DNA of 64,000 nt, from the NCBI GenBank assembly GCA_902626065.1, contig CACODT010000003.1, positions 18,895-82,894 on the forward strand. Reading direction: 5' to 3'. Positions 1 through 9,685 of this stretch are shown here, piece by piece (within the stretch, counting starts at the first letter, position 1; every line of letters begins with the position of its first letter). This stretch comes from an uncultured Candidatus Actinomarina sp. (GTDB lineage Bacteria; Actinomycetota; Acidimicrobiia; Actinomarinales; Actinomarinaceae). The translations under genes and the position numbers were made by a program. A model generated the notes under the pieces. It made no database searches, was not told where the DNA came from, and worked only from the letters and a program-made list of their open reading frames with translations.

Positions 1-457
1 TTCTGTTACTCAACAAATTATTTCTTTTCTTGTCATTACTTACAAGTAAAAATACATAAAATCCGTAAAGAAAAAAGATAGCTGTATTGAATGAACCAGA
101 TACTGCTCCAACAGTACTTGCATCGATCACATTTTCAAAAACACTGTTGTAGGTAACCAAAGGACCAAGTGCAAAAAGCATCTGGACGGTTACACATACA
201 AATAAAATATTGTGTGCATGAGAAAGATCAAAAGTTTTCTTTACTTCAAATACCACATAGATTCCCATCAAAATACCAGTTGTCAAAAATCCAATAAGGA
301 AATTAATAATTGACTGTATTGGTCCATAGGTTGGATCATACCCAACTGAATCAGGGCCAATTACAACTGCTAAGATAACGAAATTAGCTAAAACAAGAAT
401 TGCAACTACTCTTGTGATAGTTTTTATATTTTTTGTTTCTGCTTGAAATGTTTCCAT
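1..457 (-). CDS. Polytopic membrane protein, unknown function. The 3' end of the gene (C-terminus) runs off the window edge.
   Basis: Minus-strand frame is open from ATG at 455-457 to position 1; I checked it codon by codon and found no in-frame stop. Translation METFQAETKNIKTITRVVAILVLANFVILAVVIGPDSVGYDP... is dominated by hydrophobic helices. Absent from the ORF track because it runs off the window. Confidence 0.55.
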   Translation of the reverse strand, partial: METFQAETKNIKTITRVVAILVLANFVILAVVIGPDSVGYDPTYGPIQSIINFLIGFLTTGILMGIYVVFEVKKTFDLSHAHNILFVCVTVQMLFALGPLVTYNSVFENVIDASTVGAVSGSFNTAIFFLYGFYVFLLVSNDKKRNNLLSNR

Positions 458-459
458 AT

Positions 460-1110
460 TTATTTACTCCATTCTGATAATTTGCCAGCGGGAAAACTCA
501 CCATATTTCTCCATAAATGGCATTCTCCCGTTACTACCGTCGGTGGAGTCTTAATATAATTTTCTGCATCTTTCATAAACTCCTGATAAGTTTCTTGTGA
601 AGCATCCATGGCATCTTGCGAATCCCAATTGCTTAAACCTATAAGTTCAGTTCCTGTATCTGCAGCAAATGCACCAAGTAATCCATCTGTTCCTTCATAA
701 CCTGTGTAAACAGTATTTTGCAGCCAATCCATACCTTCATCATATTTCTCATCAATATATTCTGATCCGTAACTTATTCTTACAACAAAGGATTGTCCTT
801 CTCTATCACCTTTCATGATGTTTACATACTGCTGACCAACTTTCATGGTCCCATACTTGATTGTTGGAGGGCCTGTAACAAAATCTTTTAATCCACTCAA
901 GGCTTGTTGAATTTGTTCGCTTGCCGCATTCATTGCGTCTTCATCGGCCCATATTGACCAAGACATAATTTGTCCAACGCTATTTTCACATATTGCAATC
1001 TGAAATAACCCAGGTGTGCCAACAAATTCTTCTATCTTGCTTTCACCATAAGCCATTGCTTCTTCCGTTTTTCCGTCTTGCACATCAATTAGTGTTAGTC
1101 TAAATATCAA
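460..1110 (-). CDS. Protein with an internal duplication, ABM/dimeric alpha-beta-barrel-like fold; function unknown
   Basis: 216-aa ORF with TTG start. The two halves share a pattern: 'MSWSIWADEDAMNAASEQIQQ' versus 'GLSNWDSQDAMDASQETYQEF'. This resembles the W-x-s-x-e-a motif of ABM/stress-responsive barrel domains. The fold assignment is from memory, not a search. Confidence 0.55.
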   Translation of the reverse strand: MIFRLTLIDVQDGKTEEAMAYGESKIEEFVGTPGLFQIAICENSVGQIMSWSIWADEDAMNAASEQIQQALSGLKDFVTGPPTIKYGTMKVGQQYVNIMKGDREGQSFVVRISYGSEYIDEKYDEGMDWLQNTVYTGYEGTDGLLGAFAADTGTELIGLSNWDSQDAMDASQETYQEFMKDAENYIKTPPTVVTGECHLWRNMVSFPAGKLSEWSK

Positions 1111-1174
1111 AATATTTTCCTTTCTTTTTTTTCTAAAGTGTGTTGAAACTTCAATTAAGTATGTTTACAAAGCC

Positions 1175-1732
1175 CTATTTTTTATTCCAAGCCATGAAGC
1201 TTCCAATACCAACTCCAGTAACAACTGAGAGATAGCCCACTAGACCTAATATTTGAATAGTGTCTGGTAGCTCTACACCAAATAAATTCTGTGTTGCTCC
1301 AAATATAAAAAATACAGTAGCTGCAAGTGCACAAAGATATCTAAATATATTTCCTAACACTCCCTTAGAATTTAAAAATATAATTGCTAAAGTAATTGAA
1401 AAATAAAGTCCACCAGCAGATGTACTAATTGGTTGATCACCCGACAAACTAAGCTGTCCCGGATTGCTCAAATCTATAACTGTAAAAATAGCTGGAACAA
1501 TTGAACCTAATACTAAGCTTAAATCAGCAAATTGTGAAATATTGTTTTCTGATAACAACTTTCTCATGTACCAAAATGTTGCCGCAAAGCATAACGACTG
1601 TATGTAAGCTACTAGTGGTATTCTTTCCTCGGCACCCGTAAGAAAAGTTGCAATATCCGCCAATGAGACTATAAATAATCCTAGACCAGCGTACTTTCCA
1701 ATTGATATATCATTTTTTGTTAAATTTTCCAT
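1175..1732 (-). CDS. Multi-pass membrane protein, unknown function (paralog of 1748..2326)
   Basis: 185-aa hydrophobic ORF. C-terminus 'LPDTIQILGLVGYLSVVTGVGIGSFMAWNKK' aligns with 'IPESIQPIFGIGWIAMVIGLGYGSYVAWGDK' of the neighbouring ORF. Confidence 0.6.
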   Translation of the reverse strand: MENLTKNDISIGKYAGLGLFIVSLADIATFLTGAEERIPLVAYIQSLCFAATFWYMRKLLSENNISQFADLSLVLGSIVPAIFTVIDLSNPGQLSLSGDQPISTSAGGLYFSITLAIIFLNSKGVLGNIFRYLCALAATVFFIFGATQNLFGVELPDTIQILGLVGYLSVVTGVGIGSFMAWNKK

Positions 1733-1747
1733 TTAATTTCCTTTCTT

Positions 1748-2326
1748 TTATTCTGTGCCAGATGACATTTTGTCACCCCAAGCAACATAACTTCCGTAAC
1801 CTAATCCAATGACCATTGCTATCCATCCAATTCCAAATATTGGTTGTATAGATTCTGGTATTGCATAGTCAAAAAACATATTTGCTCCAGAGAATATGAC
1901 TATTGAAATAAATCCAAAGATACTCAAATATTCATAAACTGGTCTAAATACACCTGTACCTCTCATTGTTAAACTATAAATTAATGAATTAAAGCCCCAA
2001 AAGAAATACATCGGGACAAACCCACCATCATCGATAGTGTATTCAGGTGATGATATCTCGATAAAAGTACCTAAAATGATCACTGTAGCTAAGATCGAAG
2101 ACGCCATTTTCCAATACTCTGGCACTTGATCTTCAACCAAATAATATCCAGCAATAATTATTGACAATAATGAAAATCCCCAAAGAAAATTCAAAAGGTT
2201 ACCCAATCCCACAGGTACATCTAATTCTCCAAAGCCAACTACCAGCAAAAATACATTGCAAACAATAAATCCTAATGCGTTTTGTCTTGCGAGTTGGCCG
2301 ATTGGCTGTGTAAAAAACGTTTTCAT
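1748..2326 (-). CDS. Multi-pass membrane protein, unknown function (paralog of 1175..1732)
   Basis: 192-aa hydrophobic ORF. Strong SD-like 'GAGGAAGGAAG' lies just upstream on the minus strand. C-terminal similarity to the adjacent ORF. Confidence 0.6.
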   Translation of the reverse strand: MKTFFTQPIGQLARQNALGFIVCNVFLLVVGFGELDVPVGLGNLLNFLWGFSLLSIIIAGYYLVEDQVPEYWKMASSILATVIILGTFIEISSPEYTIDDGGFVPMYFFWGFNSLIYSLTMRGTGVFRPVYEYLSIFGFISIVIFSGANMFFDYAIPESIQPIFGIGWIAMVIGLGYGSYVAWGDKMSSGTE

Positions 2327-2445
2327 AAAACTTCCTTCCTCAAGTTCCCTCTAAATTGTATAAAATACGAGCTTCCCTCATATTTAAAATAATTATATTA
2401 AGAAATTTTTAAGGATGTTGTTGAATTGATAAATTTAATATTTAA

Positions 2446-3738
2446 TTAATAATTTGAGAGTGCATCAGCAAGACTATCAATAAGCCTTTGAATATCGCCT
2501 ATGTTCACGCTTTCATTTGGTGCATGTGCATTACCTTCTTCATCTCCTGCCCCAACCAAAACAATCTCCGCATTTGGAAATTGTTCTGTAAATATATTTG
2601 CGAATGGTATAGAACCTCCAACACCCATAAATGCGACCTCGTTATCCCAGTATTTATCAAAAGATTTAATTAATTGTGTTGAAAACTCTTTTTGAGGGTT
2701 AACAAGTACACCTTTTCCTTTAGCTTTAGGAATAAATTCAACATTTGCATTCCAAGGTGTGTTCTCTTTTATGTGTTTGTGGAGCATGTCCATTGCATGA
2801 TCCGGATCTTCTGTTGGAGGTAATCTCAAGCTTACTTTTGCTCTAGCTTTTGGAATGAGTAAGTTAACAGATTCTTCAACAGGTGGGGCATCAATAGCTA
2901 AGATACTCAATGCTGGTTCGAGCCATAATCTTTTTGAATAGCTATCCATTTCAAATAAATTCACACCGTTAGAAGAAAGAGAGTTTTGTACAAACTCTTC
3001 AGATAATTCATATACGTCCTGTTCGGTTGAGGTTAATCCATCAATTAATAATTCTCCTTTTTCATTATGAAATGATGAAATAATTTTACTCAATATCATA
3101 AAGGCATCCGGAACAACACCACCACCAAGACCTGAGTGAACGGGATTCATCTGCTGATCAACTACAATAATTCCATCAACCAAACCTCTTAAGGACGTGG
3201 TAATAGTTGGAACGCCTGACTTAATGTTTCCAGAGTCTGCAATGATAATTACATCTGCTTCTAGGTCTTTTTTATTTTCTTCTATAAACTCTATCATAAA
3301 AGGAGAGCCAATTTCTTCCTCACCTTCGATGAAAATTTTTATATTCACAGGAACATCATCTATCAATTTTTTAACAACTTCATAATGAGTTACAACTCCT
3401 GCTTTATTATCTCCTGATCCTCTTGCAAAGAGTCTTCCATCAATAATCTCCGGTTTAAAGGGGTCTGTATCCCATTTATTTATATCGCCAACTGGTTGGA
3501 CATCATGATGTGCATAGAGAAGAACAGTTTTTTTAGATGGGTCTATTTCGGTCTGGGCAAGTACAGCTGGTTTACTATTTTTACTTGAAGTGACCTTCGA
3601 ATTTAAACCGATTTCATTGAATAAATCCGCAATATAATTTGCGGAATCTAATACATCTTTTTGGTTTTCATCAAGAGAGCTTATAGATGGAATTTCTACT
3701 AATTTTGACAATAACTCAGTAATTTCTGGGTTTTTCAT
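2446..3738 (-). CDS. M20 family metallopeptidase / dipeptidase (ArgE/DapE/CPG2 family)
   Basis: 430 aa. Motifs 'LLYAHHDVQPVG', 'WDTDPF', 'GRLFARGSGDNKAG' and 'EGEEEIGS' are typical M20 metal-binding and catalytic signatures. Confidence 0.85.
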   Translation of the reverse strand: MKNPEITELLSKLVEIPSISSLDENQKDVLDSANYIADLFNEIGLNSKVTSSKNSKPAVLAQTEIDPSKKTVLLYAHHDVQPVGDINKWDTDPFKPEIIDGRLFARGSGDNKAGVVTHYEVVKKLIDDVPVNIKIFIEGEEEIGSPFMIEFIEENKKDLEADVIIIADSGNIKSGVPTITTSLRGLVDGIIVVDQQMNPVHSGLGGGVVPDAFMILSKIISSFHNEKGELLIDGLTSTEQDVYELSEEFVQNSLSSNGVNLFEMDSYSKRLWLEPALSILAIDAPPVEESVNLLIPKARAKVSLRLPPTEDPDHAMDMLHKHIKENTPWNANVEFIPKAKGKGVLVNPQKEFSTQLIKSFDKYWDNEVAFMGVGGSIPFANIFTEQFPNAEIVLVGAGDEEGNAHAPNESVNIGDIQRLIDSLADALSNY

Positions 3739-3835
3739 ATGTGTTTATTGTAAAAGATATCTATTTTTTTACTAAAAAGAGTGGTAAAGATTAAATTCAT
3801 GAAAATAGAACGTGAAAGAAATTTAGTCTAGGATT

Positions 3836-6800
3836 ATGAATATAGACATGAAACATAAAAAAAGTTTTGTTATTTTAACTATTCTTTTTCTAATTTTTTC
3901 TGCCTGCGGTGGTTCAGGTGATACATCAAGTGAAACGATAGATACTACCGAAGAAACTACAACAACCACAACTGTGGATGTAGAAGTATCTCCTGGAGAA
4001 GTCTATAACGAAGCAGATTTAGTTGTTCCTCCCATTCTCTTAAAACCTCTTATAGGAGCAACAGGTATTCTCACTGATGCATCAAATGACTGGGAAATAA
4101 TTAGTGAGATTGTTCCACTAGATATGGGTGTGAAGATTAGAACGGCTGACAATGGTACTGCTCAGATGACCTTTGAAGATGGTTCATCACTTTTAATGGG
4201 TGGCAACTCCGTTATCAACATAAGAAGTTTTGATTATGATGAGGAAGCAAAAGCAAGAGTTCTAACAGTTGATGTAATCTCTGGAAGTATTGCATATGAT
4301 ATAAGAAGTGAAGGTCTCCAGGCTTCTCTAGCTAAAATTGTCACCCCTACTGCAGAGCTTTCGGTGCATGGAACGGAAGGTGTTTTTGAATATGATGTTA
4401 CTACATTATCAGCAAAGAGTACTGTCTTAGAAGGTGGTGAAGAAACTGATGATGCTGTTTTTAGCGAACTCCTTCCAGATGAGAATGGTCAACCAGTACT
4501 TGTAGCAATTTCACAAACTGCAGGGACAGAACTTGGTAGTGCAACAACTGGAGGTTCTGGTTGGACAGAAGAAGAACCAGGAACAGTAGCTCTTATTGTT
4601 GATGATTTTGTATCAAATATGGAGGGTGATTGTAGTTACACTTGTAAGGCAGAAACTCAAGAAGGATTGGTCGATGGGTCTGAAACTCTTACTCCAGACA
4701 CTGCCCCAAATGCTGTTTTTACTGAAAGTGATACTGAAAGATTAGATCTTACATCAACCCTTCTTACAGCTGCTGGTGCTCCTGAGGAAATAACTCAGTC
4801 TGTTGAAAATTTAGCCGAGATTGTTGCTGAGGTTGCTGTTCCAGAAGCAGAAGTAAAAGAGTTTATAGATGAGGCCTGGAATGCTGCCCCAGGAGATGAT
4901 GGTCAATGGCAAGAGCTTCCTCCTCTTACACTTGCAGATAATTTTGGAGATGCTGCAAAAGTTCATGAGAATGAGGAATTAAAAGATCTTGGGTTTGATC
5001 ATGAGGAGCATGGTGGGTTTAGAGCTCAACATGGAATGATGCAGTTTATATCCGCTGATACAAATGCTGTGAATGAGCTTGCAGAAACAGGGAATGTTGC
5101 TTCAGCAATGGCACTTGCTGCTGCAAACATGTTTGTTAATGCAGAAACTGAAGGTTTTGCAGAAGGAACTTATTGTTTCGACAATCCTGATGATGAAGAT
5201 TGCTTGGGTGGAGGTCCAGACCCAGATTTTCTTGCTCAGGCTTTTGCTGGAAACCACTTCGTAGAAGATATGGTAAATGATATGGGATTTGCCTACACAT
5301 TCACGGAAAATGAGTTAAAACCAGATTATTGTGAAGAGTCGCCTTGGTTACCTGAGTGTGCAAGCGGCCCAGGATATGTTGGAGATGAATTTAAAGAGGG
5401 TGGATCTTTTTGTGAGGCAAATCCAGAATCATGTCAAAATAATGAAAATATTGGAAATGTATTTTTCAACAATGATGATAATTCAACTTTTTGCGAAGAG
5501 AATGCAGATGATCCAATGTGTACTGGTGGAAACTCTGTTGCTGTATATACATTTTTTCATGTTTATGATGATGAAGTACTTGGAGACGAATGGAAGCCAG
5601 TTGACTGTATATCTTACCCAGAAGATCCAATGTGTACAGGTGAAGGTGACTTTTTTCACGAACATGTTGGCGAGGCTACAGCTATTGCGTTAGACAGAAA
5701 TGATATGTTTGATATATATGGTGGTCCAGTTGTTGTTTCAGGACCGCCAGATGAATATTGTAATGAAAATCCAGAATCTTACGAATGTACCGAAGATTTT
5801 AAAGCCGCTGATGTCTATTCTGATGGTGTTTATGTTGCCCCCAATTACTGTGAACAAGCACCTGAGGCACCAGAATGTACAGATGAATTTGGAAACAATG
5901 TAGGATTTTCTGGATTATTAACAGCTGGCATGCTTGCAGAATATGCTGCACCTGATCCAAATGCTTTTGCAGGAGAAAAACCAAGTTTTTGCACTGAAGA
6001 CCCTAATCACCCTGAATGTTTTAGAGACTATTATGAGGAATCATCTTTGGACACAGGTGAGTTTCTTGGAAATATGTTTAGTGATGAATCATATGTAGAT
6101 TTATCTAAACAAGGCGTATTCTATAGTGCTATTGAGAGTGCTGATGATTTAGCTTCGCAAAGATACGGTAGTCATGATGATTATCGAATTTCTGAAGGAA
6201 TTGATTGTACAGATCCTTCAAATTTAATCTTACCTCAATGTTCAAATCCAGAATTATATGAAAGTTCGTCACCTAGTCTTTTTACCGGTGGAGAAGATGG
6301 GCTACAGGAATTCCAAACATTTAATCCTGAAGACCTTGGTGATCTTTGCGAGGAAAATCCTCAAGATCCTCTTTGTTATACCCAACCAATAGAGAGTGGA
6401 ACTGTTCCTGGTGATATTTTTAGTCCGCCCGGAGATGGTGCCTTACAGCCTGGTACTTCTCCAGCTAACATTGGATTTTGGGGTAACGAAGATAATGCTC
6501 AAGAATTTCAGACCCAGTCAGAAACATATACAGATTTTGCCGGAAATTATTGCGAGGAGAATCCAAACGACCCAACTTGCTCACAAGTTGCTTTTCAACC
6601 GCCAGAAGGTGGAATAATTCAAAACCAAGAGTGTGATGATAATCCTTACGCTCCAGGATGTCCTCAAAGTGGTGGTCAAGAAGGACAAGGCCCACCCCCT
6701 GAAGGAGAAGGTATAGATTGTGGAGATCCGTCTAATTCAGCTTTACCTCAATGTACGAATCCGGAATTATATGACTCTGGTGAAGAGTATGTACCTCCTG

Positions 6801-7033
6801 CTGGTGGAGATCAAAATCAAGAGGATTGTACTGACAACCCTTATGCCCCTGGATGTCAACCTCCTGCTGGTGAAGAGTATGTACCTCCTGCTGGTGGAGA
6901 GACTCCTCCTGGTTATGAACCTACACCTGCTGAGGAAACACCTCCGGCAGGTCCAGCAAGTGAACCGCCTGCTGAAGAAACACCTCCGGCAGGTCCAGCA
7001 AGTGAACCGCCTGCAGCTCCACCTGCTCCTTAA
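3836..7033 (+). CDS. Large acidic secreted lipoprotein: FecR-like N-terminal domain, 14 short Cys-pair motifs, Pro-rich C-terminal repeats
   Basis: 1065 aa. Signal peptide plus lipobox 'LIFSACGG'. 'GVKIRTADNGTAQMTFEDGSSLLMGGNSVINI...VISGSIAY' resembles a FecR domain. There are 14 C-x6-10-C motifs, for example 'YCEENPNDPTC', 'LCEENPQDPLC', 'FCTEDPNHPEC', 'ECDDNPYAPGC'. The C-terminus is 'EETPPAGPASEPPA' x2. Confidence 0.8.
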   Translation: MNIDMKHKKSFVILTILFLIFSACGGSGDTSSETIDTTEETTTTTTVDVEVSPGEVYNEADLVVPPILLKPLIGATGILTDASNDWEIISEIVPLDMGVKIRTADNGTAQMTFEDGSSLLMGGNSVINIRSFDYDEEAKARVLTVDVISGSIAYDIRSEGLQASLAKIVTPTAELSVHGTEGVFEYDVTTLSAKSTVLEGGEETDDAVFSELLPDENGQPVLVAISQTAGTELGSATTGGSGWTEEEPGTVALIVDDFVSNMEGDCSYTCKAETQEGLVDGSETLTPDTAPNAVFTESDTERLDLTSTLLTAAGAPEEITQSVENLAEIVAEVAVPEAEVKEFIDEAWNAAPGDDGQWQELPPLTLADNFGDAAKVHENEELKDLGFDHEEHGGFRAQHGMMQFISADTNAVNELAETGNVASAMALAAANMFVNAETEGFAEGTYCFDNPDDEDCLGGGPDPDFLAQAFAGNHFVEDMVNDMGFAYTFTENELKPDYCEESPWLPECASGPGYVGDEFKEGGSFCEANPESCQNNENIGNVFFNNDDNSTFCEENADDPMCTGGNSVAVYTFFHVYDDEVLGDEWKPVDCISYPEDPMCTGEGDFFHEHVGEATAIALDRNDMFDIYGGPVVVSGPPDEYCNENPESYECTEDFKAADVYSDGVYVAPNYCEQAPEAPECTDEFGNNVGFSGLLTAGMLAEYAAPDPNAFAGEKPSFCTEDPNHPECFRDYYEESSLDTGEFLGNMFSDESYVDLSKQGVFYSAIESADDLASQRYGSHDDYRISEGIDCTDPSNLILPQCSNPELYESSSPSLFTGGEDGLQEFQTFNPEDLGDLCEENPQDPLCYTQPIESGTVPGDIFSPPGDGALQPGTSPANIGFWGNEDNAQEFQTQSETYTDFAGNYCEENPNDPTCSQVAFQPPEGGIIQNQECDDNPYAPGCPQSGGQEGQGPPPEGEGIDCGDPSNSALPQCTNPELYDSGEEYVPPAGGDQNQEDCTDNPYAPGCQPPAGEEYVPPAGGETPPGYEPTPAEETPPAGPASEPPAEETPPAGPASEPPAAPPAP
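6779..6900 (+). repeat. Dispersed 32-bp direct repeat inside the large lipoprotein gene
   Basis: 'ggtgaagagtatgtacctcctgctggtggaga' occurs identically at 6779-6810 and 6869-6900, encoding GEEYVPPAGG. A longer diverged duplication encoding 'EGIDC.DPSN..LPQC.NPELY' lies at about 6193-6264 and 6706-6777. Confidence 0.9.
6927..7014 (+). repeat. 42-bp in-frame tandem repeat, 2 copies, encoding (A)EETPPAGPASEPP
   Basis: 'gaaacacctccggcaggtccagcaagtgaaccgcctgc' is identical at 6935-6972 and 6977-7014. The flanking 'ctgctgagg/ctgctgaag' extends the repeat with one mismatch. Confidence 0.9.
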
Positions 7034-9685
7034 CTATTCGTAGGAAATAGCCTCAAGAATATTTTGTCTAGATGCTCTTATTGCTGGAATAATTGCTGCA
7101 ATAACTCCTGAAACTATTGCTATTGCAATCCATAAAATTGTTTGCTGGACAGAGACAACAAATTCGGTAAAACCTTGATCTTCTAAAGCTTGAATCAAAC
7201 TCCATGCAAAAAATATACCAAGCCCTGTTCCAAGTACTGCACCAAATACCGAAATGATTGAAGATTCTATAAATACCATGTTTCTGATTTGTTTTCTTAA
7301 TGTCCCTATAGCCCTCATTAAACCAATCTCTCTTGTTCTTTCGTAGACTGATAATGAAAGAGTGTTCGTAATTCCAAATAAAGCCACAAAAATAGAAATA
7401 GATAAGAATCCATAAATTACATTCAGCAATAACTGAATCTGGTTATTTGCTTCATCGATTAAAGCATCTTGATCACGTAATGTTACCCCTGGATAGTGAT
7501 CTACAATATCGTCAAGTTTGTTTTTAGTGGCTTCATCCTTGGTTACGACGTTAAAGTAGAGCTCTGTATCTAAGGACTCGTTTGAAAAAAATTCGTGATT
7601 ATCCAAAAGGAGAAAAAATTCAGCTGGAGGTTGGGTGGTCCAATCAAAAATATACTTAACAATAAAATCTTTTTTTCCAACTTCAGGAATCGTCAAAGTT
7701 ACTCTGTCATTTAGTGAAATATTATCATTATCCGCTTTAAATTTTAAAACTCCAATGGCATCTTGTTGATAAAAATCTTCTCTTGAGCCAGCGATATCTA
7801 CAGTCTTGATGAGATCAAAAACTTCTCTATCAACAGCTCCCAATATCAATGGTCTATTGTTATACCCAACAACAGTAGCTCGTGTTCTTGAAAGTTCTGT
7901 AACCTCTTCAAGTTCAAGCAATTCTTGAGATAAACCTGTTGGAATACCAGGGGATGCAAAAATTTGAGCTGCACTGACCTGATAATCTGCGAGAACAACT
8001 TCTTTAACAACTTTTTCTGCTTGTGCCTTGAATGATGTGGTTAAAACGTTTGCAAGAGATATTAAAGTAAGTCCAATCATTAATGCTGAGGCTGTAGATG
8101 CAGTCCTTCGGGGTGTTCGTTTAGAATTTTCTGTTGCCAATTTACCAAGAATGCCAAAAATAGTTCTGTAAAGCCTATCAAAAATACTGACAAAAGGTTT
8201 TGTGATAGAAGGTGTAATTACTGAGATTCCAATAAAAATTATGCTTGCACCTAAGCCTACTTGTTGAAGTACTGATAGCGAAGGGGCTCTAAAAAAGGAA
8301 TACAAGACACCGAAAAGAACTGCCAAGCCTGATAATGAGACTGATGATCCTACAATCAATCTTATAAACAACGACTTTCTTTTTGGAGTTGATTGACTGT
8401 CTCTAATTGCTTCAAGAGGGCTTACTTGAGAAGCTTTTCTAGCTGGTAATAATGAAGAGAATATAGTTACAACAACACCAATAATAATTCCTGTAATTGC
8501 AGCATCAGGAGTTAAAACTAACGGACCCTCAGGCAGGCCAAAATCAAAATACTTTAATCCTTCTTTTACAACAACTGATAAGCCAATACCTAAGGCAACC
8601 CCAAGACCTGATCCAATTACAGCCATATATAATGATTCTGAAACAACTAACCTATAAATTTGTCTCTTTGAAGTTCCTAAAGCTCTTAGTAATGAAAGTT
8701 CTTTAGTTCTTTGTAGTAAAAGAATTCTAAAAGTATTTTGTATAATAAAAGCTCCAACAAAGATGGCTATTCCTGCAAATACATTCAATATTGTATTAAA
8801 AAAATCAAGACCCTGTTTTATAGAATCAGCTTGTTCAGCTGCTGCTTGCTGAGCATTAATAACTTCGATACCTTGAGAATCGATATTTGAAATTGCATTT
8901 CTTACTTCATTTATATCAGCATTTTCATCCACAACAACATTTATAAAATCTACCTCTCCTATCGAATCTAAAAGAATTTGTGCGGTTCTAAAATCAAAAA
9001 GAGCAAATGATGCTCCACCTGGTGAACCTGTATTTGCAAATTCTGCTATTCCAACAATCGTAAAAGTAGCCGGTATGGCTCCAGCAAGCACCGTAACTCT
9101 ATCTCCGACTCTAAAAGCATTTCCTTCAGCTGTAGTTGAATCCATAACAACCTCTTTATTATTTGTAGGGGGTTGTCCCTCAATAATTTCCCACTGTGAT
9201 GCATAAGGAGATGTATCCCATGCTGCTCCAAAAGTTGGAGCAAAACCATTTTGAATTAAAATAGTTTCTCTTTCACATTCTGGATTAAAAGAATGACAAT
9301 CTCGTCTAGGACCAAATTTTATGAATTGAGCAAACCCAATAACATCACCCCATGCATCTTTTACTCCATCAATACTTTTAATCTCATTTATTCTTGAATC
9401 CGAGATCTTTCTGAACTCAAATGATATTGGGCCTTGTCCACCGTCATCTCCAAACCCTTGAGCAAAATCTTCTTGTATTGGCTGAACTACTAGATCTATT
9501 CCTTCGAATACGCCAGAAAACAAATTATCAAATGCGTTCTTATTGCTTTCAGAGAATATATTTGCAGCAATAATTACTGAGACCCCAAGAATAATAGATG
9601 ATGTCGTTAAAAATATTCTTACTGGATAGGTTTTCAGATTTTTCCACGCAATTAACAACAGTGGTCTTTTTGTAAATCCAAACAT
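7034..9685 (-). CDS. ABC transporter permease with two FtsX/MacB-type domains
   Basis: 883 aa. N-terminal TM, large extracytoplasmic domain and 3-TM FtsX block ('LRALGTSKRQI'). This is followed by a second extracytoplasmic domain and FtsX block ('MRAIGTLRKQI'), ending in the typical 'PAIRASRQNILEAISYE'. Confidence 0.85.
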   Translation of the reverse strand: MFGFTKRPLLLIAWKNLKTYPVRIFLTTSSIILGVSVIIAANIFSESNKNAFDNLFSGVFEGIDLVVQPIQEDFAQGFGDDGGQGPISFEFRKISDSRINEIKSIDGVKDAWGDVIGFAQFIKFGPRRDCHSFNPECERETILIQNGFAPTFGAAWDTSPYASQWEIIEGQPPTNNKEVVMDSTTAEGNAFRVGDRVTVLAGAIPATFTIVGIAEFANTGSPGGASFALFDFRTAQILLDSIGEVDFINVVVDENADINEVRNAISNIDSQGIEVINAQQAAAEQADSIKQGLDFFNTILNVFAGIAIFVGAFIIQNTFRILLLQRTKELSLLRALGTSKRQIYRLVVSESLYMAVIGSGLGVALGIGLSVVVKEGLKYFDFGLPEGPLVLTPDAAITGIIIGVVVTIFSSLLPARKASQVSPLEAIRDSQSTPKRKSLFIRLIVGSSVSLSGLAVLFGVLYSFFRAPSLSVLQQVGLGASIIFIGISVITPSITKPFVSIFDRLYRTIFGILGKLATENSKRTPRRTASTASALMIGLTLISLANVLTTSFKAQAEKVVKEVVLADYQVSAAQIFASPGIPTGLSQELLELEEVTELSRTRATVVGYNNRPLILGAVDREVFDLIKTVDIAGSREDFYQQDAIGVLKFKADNDNISLNDRVTLTIPEVGKKDFIVKYIFDWTTQPPAEFFLLLDNHEFFSNESLDTELYFNVVTKDEATKNKLDDIVDHYPGVTLRDQDALIDEANNQIQLLLNVIYGFLSISIFVALFGITNTLSLSVYERTREIGLMRAIGTLRKQIRNMVFIESSIISVFGAVLGTGLGIFFAWSLIQALEDQGFTEFVVSVQQTILWIAIAIVSGVIAAIIPAIRASRQNILEAISYE

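Noticed and set aside
5073-7043. Multiple 60-120 aa ORFs on both strands inside the 1065-aa gene (5073, 5331, 5483, 5700, 5799, 6396, 6465, 6720)
   Set aside because: All are alternative-frame or antisense ORFs within a long ORF that has a coherent signal peptide and repeat architecture. Their products are low-complexity L/Q/K-rich strings typical of off-frame translation.
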